From the NCBI GenBank assembly GCA_003552985.1, contig PUPD01000208.1, positions 4,227-68,226 of the forward strand: a stretch of DNA of 64,000 bases. Direction: 5' to 3'. Of this stretch, positions 55,911-64,000 are shown one piece after another. Positions within the stretch are counted from its first letter, which is position 1. Each line of letters starts with the position of its first letter. The notes under the pieces are model-generated. The model was not told where the DNA came from and made no database searches. It worked only from the letters and a program-made list of their open reading frames with translations. The translations under genes and the position numbers were made by a program. This stretch comes from Spirochaetaceae bacterium. Its GTDB lineage: Bacteria > Spirochaetota > Spirochaetia > DSM-27196 > SLAA01.

Positions 55911-57758
55911 ATGAAATTTGAAGAGTTCAATTTATCTGAAGATGTCCTGAAGGGCATCCATGACGCCGGTTTCACCGAATGTACGCCGGTCCAGGCCGAG
56001 ACATTGAAGCGCACGCTGCAAGGTCGTGATGTCACGGTTCAATCGCAAACCGGTACCGGAAAGACCGCCGCGTACCTCACCACAATCTTTGAGCTGAAAG
56101 CGACATCCGAACGGTTTCGGGACCGTCCTGCGCTGGTGGTCGCCCCAACGCGCGAGCTAGCAGTGCAGATACAGCATGACGCCGAGATTCTGGGCGGGCA
56201 CCTCGGGTTCAGTATCGGCTGCTTCTACGGAGGCGCCGGCTATGTGGATCAAGAGCACAAGCTCGAACAGGGCGTCGACATCATCATCGGGACACCGGGG
56301 CGACTGCTGGACTTCAGCTCAAGCCGCAAACTCGACCTGAGCAAGGTCGGTTTCGTCGTGATCGATGAGGCTGATCGTCTGTTCGATATGGGATTCTACC
56401 CGGACATTCAGCGTATCTTCCGCAAAACCGGCCCTCGGGAAGAGCGGCTTACGTTGCTATTCAGCGCTACGCTGAGCCAGAGCGTGTTGAACATCTCTTG
56501 GAAGTTCATGAACGACCCTGCCGAGATCGAGATTGAGCCGGAGCACATCACCGTGCAGTCGATTGAGCAGCGGCTATACCACGTTGCGAAAGACGAGAAG
56601 TTCTCATTGTTGTTGGGAGTGCTTGGATGCGAGGATCCGGCCGGAGCCTTGATATTCTGCAACACCCGGCGCGGCTGCACGAACATCTCCGACCGGCTGC
56701 GTGACAACGGTTACGACAGTGAGTACCTCATCGGTGATCTGCCGCAGAAGAAGCGCCTGCGCATAATCGACAGTTTTAAGGCGGGAAAGGTCCGAATTCT
56801 GGTAGCCACCGACGTTGCTGCTCGGGGGCTGCATATCGAGGATCTTCCGCTGGTCGTCAATTATGACTTGCCTGAGGACGCTGAAAACTACGTGCATCGG
56901 ATTGGGCGTACGGCACGGGTAGGAAAGAGCGGAAAGGCGATATCGCTCGCGTGCGAGCGCTTTGTGTACGGTCTGGAAGCAATTGAAGACTATATCGGGA
57001 TGAAGATCCCATCTGAGTCGGTTACCGACGAGCTGCTGGTCCCGGATCGAAGCCGGCGGCGGGTCTATGAGCGCGAGATGCGCGCGGATCAACGGGATTC
57101 GCGGAGCTCGCGGCGCGGGTCGCGGCGGGGCCAGGGAGCGCGCCGGCCGTCGGCGGAACACGCCCAAGCGCCTGGTTCGCCCAGCCACGGTCGCCGGGAT
57201 GAGGACAGGCCGCGCGGCAGAAGCGAGCACGGCGCTTCCAGACGGCCGAGGCACGAGCGCGACGGGCACACCGAGCGACGAGTGCCGGCTGACGCCAGTC
57301 TCGAGGAGCGTCTGCGCCGCTATCGAGAGAAATACGGAGAGGAGTTCGAACCTGTTGAGAGGCCTGCGCGCGAGACGAGCGGCAGTGAATCCGCACAAGA
57401 ACAAGATTCGACGAAGGGCCGCTCTCGATCCGGGCGAGGTGGACGCCGCCGCAGGCGTGAGCGCAGCGGTGAACGGCAGACGGCAAACGCACCGCTGGGG
57501 GGTGAAACCGCGAAAACCGCCGGCAGTGGTGGCGACCGAAGCAAGCGAGCGACCACGGCTGACGCAGCTCAGGCGGCAAAGGCGTCAAAGACAGCTAAGT
57601 CGTCACAAGCAACCAACCCGCCTCAAGCTCGACCCGGCGCAGGATCTGACGAACATCTCGATGACCGGCAGCGTCGCTTTGGTCCCCGAAGCGGTCCGCG
57701 CGCAGGCGGACTCTGGGGTCGGCTGCGTCGGCTTCTCAGCGGAGATTCTGCTGAGTGA
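55911..57758 (+). CDS. DEAD-box ATP-dependent RNA helicase with a long Arg/Ser/Gly-rich C-terminal tail
   Basis: Q-motif context FTECTPVQ, SQTGTGKT, PTRELA, DEAD, SAT, HRIGRTAR. The last ~230 aa are basic and low-complexity. I prefer ATG 55911 over the TTG at 55905. Confidence 0.85.
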   Translation: MKFEEFNLSEDVLKGIHDAGFTECTPVQAETLKRTLQGRDVTVQSQTGTGKTAAYLTTIFELKATSERFRDRPALVVAPTRELAVQIQHDAEILGGHLGFSIGCFYGGAGYVDQEHKLEQGVDIIIGTPGRLLDFSSSRKLDLSKVGFVVIDEADRLFDMGFYPDIQRIFRKTGPREERLTLLFSATLSQSVLNISWKFMNDPAEIEIEPEHITVQSIEQRLYHVAKDEKFSLLLGVLGCEDPAGALIFCNTRRGCTNISDRLRDNGYDSEYLIGDLPQKKRLRIIDSFKAGKVRILVATDVAARGLHIEDLPLVVNYDLPEDAENYVHRIGRTARVGKSGKAISLACERFVYGLEAIEDYIGMKIPSESVTDELLVPDRSRRRVYEREMRADQRDSRSSRRGSRRGQGARRPSAEHAQAPGSPSHGRRDEDRPRGRSEHGASRRPRHERDGHTERRVPADASLEERLRRYREKYGEEFEPVERPARETSGSESAQEQDSTKGRSRSGRGGRRRRRERSGERQTANAPLGGETAKTAGSGGDRSKRATTADAAQAAKASKTAKSSQATNPPQARPGAGSDEHLDDRQRRFGPRSGPRAGGLWGRLRRLLSGDSAE

Positions 57759-57833
57759 CCGAACGGAGCGTTTGCGGAGCGTGACGGGCTGAAGGAGTGC
57801 AGAGCCGGCCGGTAAGGTGGTGTTTGCGCCGCC

Positions 57834-57862
57834 TTGACAGTCTGTGCGATCTCGACTACAGT
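57834..57862 (+). promoter_or_regulatory. Near-consensus sigma70-type promoter for rpsD (TTGACA-17-TACAGT)
   Basis: -35 at 57834..57839 and -10 at 57857..57862, about 67 nt upstream of the rpsD ATG. Confidence 0.5.
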
Positions 57863-57929
57863 GTGCGCTCTACTACCGGAACTCGAATACAAACCTGAAG
57901 CAGGATGTGGTATACCCAAGGAGTGGTAA

Positions 57930-58544
57930 ATGGCTAGGAATGAGACGGCCAAAGGGAAGATCGTTCGCCGATTCGGCATAAACATCTACGGCAACGAGAA
58001 ATACGATAGGTTGCTGAAGCGCAAGCCGAAACCACCAGGCGAGCCGAAGAAGGGCCGAATCCGTCAGACAGAGTACGGGCGTCAGCTGGCAGAGAAGCAG
58101 AAGCTCAAGTGGGCCTATGGACTATCAGAGCGCCAGTTCAGTAACCTTTTCTTCCGCGCCAAGGCAATGAAGGGGATCGCCGGTCACAACATGCTCATCC
58201 TACTTGAGCGGCGACTAGACAACGTTGTGTACCGATTGGGGATGGCAGGATCGCGGGCTCAGGCACGTCAGCTCGTTGCTCACGGCCATATTCTGCATAA
58301 CGGGCGTAAGGTCACGATCCCGTCGGCGCTGGTGCGAGCAGGAGACGATATCAAGGCTCGTGAACGTAAAGCAACCCAGGATCTGATTCGGCGATTGCTG
58401 GCTGATAATAGCAGCCGGCCTGTGCCGCCTTGGCTCTCAATTGCGAAGGACGAGCTGCAGGGCACGGTCACGGTTCTTCCCACTCGCGACCTGATCCCGA
58501 CGATCGCTGAGGAACAGCTTATCGTCGAGTTTTACTCGAAGTAA
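57930..58544 (+). CDS. rpsD: 30S ribosomal protein S4
   Basis: 204 aa. Blocks: MARNETAKGKIVRRFG, QLAEKQKLKWAYGLSERQF, and S4 domain LERRLDNVVYRLGMAGSRAQARQLVAHGHILHNGRKV. AAGGAG RBS. Confidence 0.95.
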   Translation: MARNETAKGKIVRRFGINIYGNEKYDRLLKRKPKPPGEPKKGRIRQTEYGRQLAEKQKLKWAYGLSERQFSNLFFRAKAMKGIAGHNMLILLERRLDNVVYRLGMAGSRAQARQLVAHGHILHNGRKVTIPSALVRAGDDIKARERKATQDLIRRLLADNSSRPVPPWLSIAKDELQGTVTVLPTRDLIPTIAEEQLIVEFYSK

Positions 58545-58586
58545 CAGGGCGTTCTGCGAGGTACGCAGTGGAGCTCAAGCGCGAAC

Positions 58587-58618
58587 AAAGCCTTTCCGTG
58601 ATGGGAAGGCTTTTTTTT
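58587..58618 (+). terminator. Rho-independent terminator after rpsD
   Basis: The stem aaagcctttcc / gggaaggcttt pairs 58587..58597 with 58603..58613 (one G-U pair), with a 5-nt loop gtgat. A run of eight T follows at 58611..58618. Confidence 0.8.
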
Positions 58619-58659
58619 GGTGCGCCCGGTAGGGCGCACCCAGTTGGAGGTGGTGTGTG

Positions 58660-59655
58660 ATGGAGTCAAACCGAATTGCCTCCCGCCGGCTGGGCGGGAG
58701 TCCCCTTCAGGTGTCGCCGGTCGGGCTCGGATGTTGGCAGTTTTCTCAGGCAACCGGCGTCGCCGGCCGGTACTGGGGGCAATTGCCGCGCGAGACGGTG
58801 CGCCGAATTGTGGGTGTTTCGCTGCAGTCAGGGATCAACTGGTTCGACACCGCGGAGGTCTACGGGTGGGGCGCATCGGAGAATGAGCTGAGCGAGGCCC
58901 TGAAATACCACGGTGTCAAACGGGGGGAGGTCCTGATTGCGACGAAATGGTTCCCCTTGCTGCGCTCGGCAGCATCGATTGTACGCAGCTTCGATAAGCG
59001 AATGAGTGCACTCGGCGGGTTTCCGGTGGATCTCTACCAGATCCACTTTGCGGGCTCCTGGTCTACTATCGAGAGGCAGATGGAGAGTATGGCCGAATTG
59101 TACGAAGCGGGTAAGATTCGTGCGGTGGGGGTAAGCAACTTCAATGCGGCTCAGATGCGGCGCGCTCACGACGCATTAGCACGCCGAAGTATTCCGTTGG
59201 CGAGCAACCAGGTGCGGTTCAATCTGCTGGACCGTGAAATCGAACACAACGGCGTCCTCGCCGCCGCGCAGGAGCTCGGAATAAGCATTATTGCCTATTC
59301 GCCGTTGGCCCAGGGCTTGTTGAGCGGAAAGTTCCACGCCAATCCGGACCTGATCAAACTGCGTCCGGGGCCTCGAAGACTTCAGAAACGGTTCCGGCGG
59401 GCATATCTAGAGAAGACTGCGCCGGTGATCGAGCGGCTGCGGACGGTGGCCCGTAAGCATGACGCTGCGCCGGCATCGGTAGCGCTCGCATGGGTAACCC
59501 ATGTGCATGGGAATTCGGTTGTCGCGATTGCGGGCGCTACCAAAGTGCGGCATGCTGAAGCCAATGCCGCAGCGCTCCGGGTGAAGCTTAGTCCGGACGA
59601 TCTTGTCGAGCTGAACGGAGCAACGGAGACTGGAAAAACCGTAGCTAATTCGTAA
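58660..59655 (+). CDS. Aldo/keto reductase (second copy in the window)
   Basis: AKR blocks: GLGCWQFS, INWFDTAEVYGWGASE, VDLYQIHF, VGVSNFN. ATG 58660 follows a GGAGG RBS. Confidence 0.85.
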   Translation: MESNRIASRRLGGSPLQVSPVGLGCWQFSQATGVAGRYWGQLPRETVRRIVGVSLQSGINWFDTAEVYGWGASENELSEALKYHGVKRGEVLIATKWFPLLRSAASIVRSFDKRMSALGGFPVDLYQIHFAGSWSTIERQMESMAELYEAGKIRAVGVSNFNAAQMRRAHDALARRSIPLASNQVRFNLLDREIEHNGVLAAAQELGISIIAYSPLAQGLLSGKFHANPDLIKLRPGPRRLQKRFRRAYLEKTAPVIERLRTVARKHDAAPASVALAWVTHVHGNSVVAIAGATKVRHAEANAAALRVKLSPDDLVELNGATETGKTVANS

Positions 59656-59693
59656 TACTACAAGGCAGCGTCCAGCAAGGAGATTCGGCCCTT

Positions 59694-60989
59694 ATGCGCA
59701 AGATGCCTGTGATCAGCACTGACCGGGAGCTCAACGACCGCATCGAACGAATCTGCCGGAGGTTCGACAACTACTTCCTGCCTGTTTTCCTCGATGACCG
59801 CGACGCTGCACTGGAATACCTGAAGTACGAACTACCGGAGATCAACGTAATCAACGCCTCGGACCCGCATATCGATACGAACACGGTGCTCGAGGATGTG
59901 AAGAGCGACCCGTGGCTGCATTACGGCGGGATCATCGCGGTGCATACCAGTCCGGACGAGCAGCGGGTTCACCAGCATCTGCCGAACTCAAACATCATCA
60001 GCGTCATTTCGCGCGGCGAGTTCGTCGGGAGCTTCTATCGGGTGGTGCGAATACTGATTCAGAATCGGCAGATTCTCTTCCAGCGCGACCTGCAGAGCTA
60101 CCTCTTGCGCACGATTTCCGGGCGCTTCGTGATGGATAACGACCCGTCCAATGTTCGCACTTACGCGAACCTGGTGACGAGCTTCTTGTACAACTCCAAC
60201 TATATCAATCGCGACAAAAAGGATCGCGTGCATGTTGCGATCTTCGAGCTGCTCATGAATGCGTTGGAGCACGGCAACTGCCGAATAACCTATGATGAAA
60301 AGAGCCGCTGGCTGGAGGGGCACGGCGATATTCTGGCCTTGATCCGTAAGAAATGTGAGGATCCCGAAATCCGCAAACGAAACGTCGTGTTTTCGTACCG
60401 GATCACTCCTGAACGGTCGTACTTCAGTATTAAGGATGAGGGCGAAGGGTTTGACTGGCGCAAGCGTGTGGAGCGGGCCGCAGCACAGCCGGTGAACTTC
60501 GGGCCGCACGGGCATGGATTGAAGATGGTCGCGCATTACGTTGAGAACCTGCGGTACAACGACAAGGGAAACGAGGTTTCGTTCGAGGTTTCGCACCAGC
60601 GTGACGAGAGCAACGTGGTCCCGGGTATATTCGACCGTAGCGAGGAGTCTGTCTTTCAGGATCGCGATGTGGTGTTTTTTGAAGGCGAGGAGTCGAACTA
60701 CCTGTACTACATTGCTTCGGGAAGGCTCGACATCTTTTCCGGGGACAAATACCTAACGACCCTGACGCCTGACGATATCTTTCTCGGTGAGATGTCGTTC
60801 CTTTTGAACAATCGGCGATCTGCTACCGTGATCTCAAGCGGGCGTAGCGTTTTGGTAAAGATATCCAAGAACGCCTTCATAAACGCAATCAAAGACAAAC
60901 CGCATTATGGGATTTTCCTTGCCCGACTGCTGGCTCAGCGCCTGATGCGGTTGAACGTTCGTATAGCGCAGGGCGAGGGCGCTCGGTAA
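59694..60989 (+). CDS. Three-module signalling protein: receiver-like N-terminus, RsbW/SpoIIAB-type HATPase (anti-sigma Ser kinase-like) core, C-terminal cNMP-binding domain
   Basis: N-box-like FELLMNALEHGN, G1-like KDEGEGFD and G2-like GHGLKMV (about aa 150-300). cNMP block FFEGEESNYLYYIASGRLDIF...FLGEMSFLLNNRRSATVIS (about aa 315-425). No His-kinase dimerisation/phospho-His (HisKA) box seen. Confidence 0.65.
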   Translation: MRKMPVISTDRELNDRIERICRRFDNYFLPVFLDDRDAALEYLKYELPEINVINASDPHIDTNTVLEDVKSDPWLHYGGIIAVHTSPDEQRVHQHLPNSNIISVISRGEFVGSFYRVVRILIQNRQILFQRDLQSYLLRTISGRFVMDNDPSNVRTYANLVTSFLYNSNYINRDKKDRVHVAIFELLMNALEHGNCRITYDEKSRWLEGHGDILALIRKKCEDPEIRKRNVVFSYRITPERSYFSIKDEGEGFDWRKRVERAAAQPVNFGPHGHGLKMVAHYVENLRYNDKGNEVSFEVSHQRDESNVVPGIFDRSEESVFQDRDVVFFEGEESNYLYYIASGRLDIFSGDKYLTTLTPDDIFLGEMSFLLNNRRSATVISSGRSVLVKISKNAFINAIKDKPHYGIFLARLLAQRLMRLNVRIAQGEGAR

Positions 60990-61104
60990 GAGGCTCCTCC
61001 GAAAGAGATCTGCAGTCGTACCCTTCGCGGCGGGATCCAAAGCCGGTGGTGATCAGCACGGAGCTACACGGAGGCGCTTCCGTGCCGCCGCCCTTGCGCC
61101 GCCG

Positions 61105-61344
61105 TCAATCGGTTGTTCGTACCTCGGCCGAATAACCGATGCGTTCGACAAACTCACAGATCTTGTCTAGCGCTTCACGGTTACCGTCGTACTCAACCTG
61201 GATGGTGCTTGTGGCCCGGTCGACCGTAATATCGTTTATGCCTTGCACTCGGCGGCCCAAATGCTCGATCGCGATTACACACGAGGTGCAGGTTGCGCCG
61301 TTCAAGTCAAGGATTGCGTGTTTGGGTTCGGTTACTGAGCTCAT
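61105..61344 (-). CDS. Heavy-metal-associated (HMA) domain protein, CopZ-like
   Basis: Metal-binding CxxC in LDLNGATCTSCVIAIEHL, with the ferredoxin-like fold pattern. I prefer ATG 61344 to the GTG at 61350. Confidence 0.7.
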   Translation of the reverse strand: MSSVTEPKHAILDLNGATCTSCVIAIEHLGRRVQGINDITVDRATSTIQVEYDGNREALDKICEFVERIGYSAEVRTTD

Positions 61345-61459
61345 AGCCACAGTATAATGCGAACGACGGTCCTTCGGCTACCTGCAGAGTGGTTTGACGC
61401 CGAGCTGTCTCGCCTTGCGCTTGCCGTTGGCGGCAGGCTGTCTATAGCTTACAGGTACG

Positions 61460-61894
61460 ATGAAGAATAAGGACGGGCAGTCGACGGCTGAACGGCAGCG
61501 CGAGCGGTACGAATGCTATCGGGAAGTGTTTGTCGATATCAAGTCTGAGTTGGATGCGGGCAAAGACCTGTCAGAGGTTAGCCGGCAGGTTGCTGAGCGC
61601 TGCGACGTCGAGCTCAAGACTGCGTACGAGTGGGCGCTTGATTGTCAGCAGCGTCTCGAGCGCAATCGCAAGCGCATCTCGGTGTCAGGGCTGGTTCTGT
61701 TGTGGGGAGCGTTAGCCCTGTCGGTAACGTCCGGGGTGCTTTGGTTAACACGGGCGGCACCGTTCTCGGTTGCAAACACCGGGCTGTCTGCGTTGCTCAT
61801 CGCGGGGGTATCGGCGGCAGTAGCGGCAGCCGCAGGCATCACGCTTGTGGCAGCGGCGCGCCGACTCGGCGCGCGGGCGACCGGGCCTATCTAA
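61460..61894 (+). CDS. Hypothetical protein with two C-terminal TM helices
   Basis: 144 aa. A charged N-terminal half is followed by VSGLVLLWGALALSVTSGVLWL and LSALLIAGVSAAVAAAAGITLVAAA. Confidence 0.45.
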   Translation: MKNKDGQSTAERQRERYECYREVFVDIKSELDAGKDLSEVSRQVAERCDVELKTAYEWALDCQQRLERNRKRISVSGLVLLWGALALSVTSGVLWLTRAAPFSVANTGLSALLIAGVSAAVAAAAGITLVAAARRLGARATGPI

Positions 61895-61913
61895 GCGTCT
61901 AGAACTTGCGTGC

Positions 61914-62351
61914 CTAGAAGTGGTAGCGCACGCCGAGTCCGGCATCAATGTCGGGTTCAGTCTCGGGAAACAGCTGTAATCCGGGAGCGATCTCGACGAA
62001 GACCTCGAGCTGGTCGAGCACGAAGGTCCGCACCCCTACCGGAACGCGAGCTCCCAGCGAGACCCGCGTATCGTCTTCATCGAGCGCGTCGAGCTTCACC
62101 TTCCCTCCGACGCCGATGAACCAGTCCAAAGGCTCAGCGAGCTCACCAGTGCCAATCCAGAGGTCACCGTGCAGATGCAGGCGATTATAGATTGACCATG
62201 CGGCGCCCACTGCGATTCGCTCGCGGAACAGAAAGCTCAAGCCGGTTGGCTGGCCGAGAATGATGCCGGCGGCTGCCTGCGCGACGGCAACGCTTGGCGC
62301 TGCGACGGCCAACAGAACGATCGCGAGGAAGAGGCGGGTTCGGCAAAGCAT
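61914..62351 (-). CDS. Small secreted protein, possibly an outer-membrane beta-barrel
   Basis: ATG 62351 gives the signal peptide MLCRTRLFLAIVLLAVAAPSVAVAQ. The body has alternating hydrophobic pattern and ends in ...GLGVRYHF (aromatic terminal residue, typical of OMPs). Confidence 0.45.
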   Translation of the reverse strand: MLCRTRLFLAIVLLAVAAPSVAVAQAAAGIILGQPTGLSFLFRERIAVGAAWSIYNRLHLHGDLWIGTGELAEPLDWFIGVGGKVKLDALDEDDTRVSLGARVPVGVRTFVLDQLEVFVEIAPGLQLFPETEPDIDAGLGVRYHF

Positions 62352-62446
62352 GAACCCAATCGTAGTCGAAACTGTATCTGCAGTCAACGTGGCGAAGGCA
62401 GTGGCGCCGTAGCTATTGCCGTTTGAGTTTGCGGCCGATATCTGCG

Positions 62447-64000
62447 CTACTCCCGGTTCTGTGGTCGGTTGCTCGTTCGGGTTTGCGTCCGGATCTCGGC
62501 CAGCGCTTTCATGGTTCGAGAAAAATCCGCATTGGGAGTCACACCGCCGAACGCATCGTGAGCGGCTTTGTACAAGTGATAGAGTCGATCGTAGGTCTCG
62601 ACATGACCGGGAGAAGGATGGTATTCCCGCTTTTGTGTCCCGGTCATAGCTTCAATCGCTGAAGAGAAATCCTGGCGTCCACCTGCCTGGGGGCCGGCTG
62701 CCACGGCTGCGGCAATCGCGCTTCCGAGCGCAGCGGTCTGTTCGCTGCGCGATACCTTCAGAGGCCGGTTCAATACGTCGGCGTAAATCTGCATCAGCAG
62801 AGGATTCTTGTTGGCGATACCACCGCAGGTGACGATCTCCTCCACCGGAATGCGGTACTCCAGCATGCGCTCCATGATAACGCGTGCACCGAAGGCCGTT
62901 GCTTCGATGAGGGCCCGGTAGATCTCTTCAGGACGAGTGTGCAAGTTCAGCCCAATGATCATTCCGGTGAGGCGTGGATCCACCAGGATCGAGCGGTTCC
63001 CGTTGAGCCAATCGAGCGCAAGCAGACCGCTGCTTCCTGGGGTGAGCTCGGCGGCACGGTTGGTTAAGACCGAGTGACTACCGAGCTGATCGCCGCCGGG
63101 TTTCATGTAGTTTACAAACCAGTTGAAGACATCTCCGACGGCACTTTGACCGGCCTCGAGCCCGGTTGTCCCCGGCACAATCGAATCAGGAACGATCCCG
63201 CACAAGCCCGGAATCTCGGGGACCGGTTCACCGGCAGGACGGACCAGCACATCGCAGGTGGAGGTACCGATGGTTTTTACCATCACGCCCGGTCTAATGC
63301 CGGCGCCCACTCCGCCGAGGTGGGCGTCAAGAGCTCCGACGGTGACCGGAATGCCCACGGACAACTCGGTACGACGCGCCCAGGAGGGCGAGAGATGCCC
63401 GGCGAGTTGGCGGACACTGTGGCAGGTTGTGGGGAGCGTACGCCGCACACGTGCGAGATCCGGGTGCAGGGCGCCCAGAAAAAACGGGTCGGGATAGCCG
63501 CCCCAATCCGGGTGGAACATCGCCTTGTGTCCCGCGGCGCAAATGCTGCGCTTGATGTGATCGGGGTATGTGGTCCCGCATAACTGTGCCGGGATCCATT
63601 CGGCGATCTCGAGCCAGGTGTAAGCGGCTCGGCTCACCACAGGCTCCTGCCGGGCGCAATGGAGTATCTTGGACCAGTACCATTCCGAGGAATACGCACC
63701 ACCATATTTCTTGAGATACTCGGGATGCGATTCTCTGGCGGCTGCCGTGATCTCTTCGGCTTCAGCAACAGCGGTGTGATCCTTCCACAACCATGCCAAT
63801 GCCGCCGCATTACCGGCAAACTCTTCGGAAAACGCCAGCGGAGCGCCGCCTCGATCAACCGGCAGGGGAGTGCTACCGGTAGTGTCGACTCCGATGCCGA
63901 CGACCGAATCAACCTCAAACTCATCCCTTTTCCGAGCCGTGGCGATGGCATTCCGGATTGCGTGCTCGGTGCCGTCGAGATAATCCTGGGGGTGCTGGCG
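62447..64000 (-). CDS. araB: L-ribulokinase (FGGY carbohydrate kinase family); 5-prime end lies beyond the window
   Basis: AraB-like blocks: LAWLWKDHTAVAEAEEIT, GGAYSSEWYWSKILH, VKTIGTSTCDVLV, GLEAGQSAVGDVFNWF, LDWLNGNRS, ATAFGARVIME, GGIANKNPLLMQIYADVLNRPL. The frame stays open from 63799 to 64000 (...GIGVDTTGSTPLPVD...). Confidence 0.85.
   Translation of the reverse strand, partial: RQHPQDYLDGTEHAIRNAIATARKRDEFEVDSVVGIGVDTTGSTPLPVDRGGAPLAFSEEFAGNAAALAWLWKDHTAVAEAEEITAAARESHPEYLKKYGGAYSSEWYWSKILHCARQEPVVSRAAYTWLEIAEWIPAQLCGTTYPDHIKRSICAAGHKAMFHPDWGGYPDPFFLGALHPDLARVRRTLPTTCHSVRQLAGHLSPSWARRTELSVGIPVTVGALDAHLGGVGAGIRPGVMVKTIGTSTCDVLVRPAGEPVPEIPGLCGIVPDSIVPGTTGLEAGQSAVGDVFNWFVNYMKPGGDQLGSHSVLTNRAAELTPGSSGLLALDWLNGNRSILVDPRLTGMIIGLNLHTRPEEIYRALIEATAFGARVIMERMLEYRIPVEEIVTCGGIANKNPLLMQIYADVLNRPLKVSRSEQTAALGSAIAAAVAAGPQAGGRQDFSSAIEAMTGTQKREYHPSPGHVETYDRLYHLYKAAHDAFGGVTPNADFSRTMKALAEIRTQTRTSNRPQNRE

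Noticed and set aside
55150-61000. Horizontal-transfer islands suggested by lower GC around pgmB (55.2-55.9 kb) and the HATPase-cNMP gene (59.7-61.0 kb)
   Set aside because: This is a by-eye impression only and I cannot compute GC or codon statistics here. There are no flanking tRNA, integrase or direct repeats, and housekeeping genes (rpsD, DEAD-box helicase) lie in between.

Overview
The window is visibly GC-rich (judged by eye, not computed) and very gene-dense. I count about 60 protein-coding genes, many joined by 1-52 nt overlaps, and most are housekeeping. I found no rRNA, tRNA, CRISPR array, transposase, integrase or phage-like gene. Left to right: a truncated P-loop/Asp23-like gene; an RluA-family pseudouridine synthase; a DUF212 divergent-PAP2 protein; a polytopic membrane protein coupled to an rnfC-rnfD pair; a GH57 glycoside hydrolase; prfB with its programmed +1 frameshift; a CheY-like regulator plus a PEGA protein; ftsY, a YD-repeat protein and lolCDE; mcsA-mcsB-clpC; parE-parC; an ABC-2 exporter; an M16 peptidase; an Rrf2 regulator with cysK and metY; a 640-aa membrane-anchored unknown; argJ; a seven-gene MoxR/DUF58/vWA/TPR Bat-type cluster; smr; infA; a DUF368 protein; two aldo/keto reductases; a YehZYXW-like osmoprotectant ABC system; two tandem cNMP-binding GGDEF proteins; trxB; pgmB; a DEAD-box helicase; rpsD; a receiver-like/HATPase/cNMP-binding protein; an HMA protein; a small beta-barrel-like protein; and a truncated araB. 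The gene order moxR-DUF58-x-batA-batB-batC-batD, the short ParC and the LolCDE set fit a Spirochaetota-like chromosome, but that is an inference, not a database result. I cannot point to a clear-cut new system. The candidates I rank highest are: (1) the orphan rnfC-rnfD pair translationally coupled to an unknown 534-aa membrane protein; (2) the cyclic-nucleotide signalling set, meaning the degenerate plus intact cNMP-GGDEF tandem and the HATPase-cNMP protein; (3) the Bat-type cluster with a BatD-TPR-SH3 fusion; (4) the 640-aa membrane-anchored unknown; (5) a perfect 20-bp palindrome over the promoter of the Rrf2-cysK-metY unit. The very long antisense ORFs in the track are codon-aligned shadows of real genes and are rejected. 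The ORF track translates TTG and GTG starts as M, so I re-derived several starts from the sequence.
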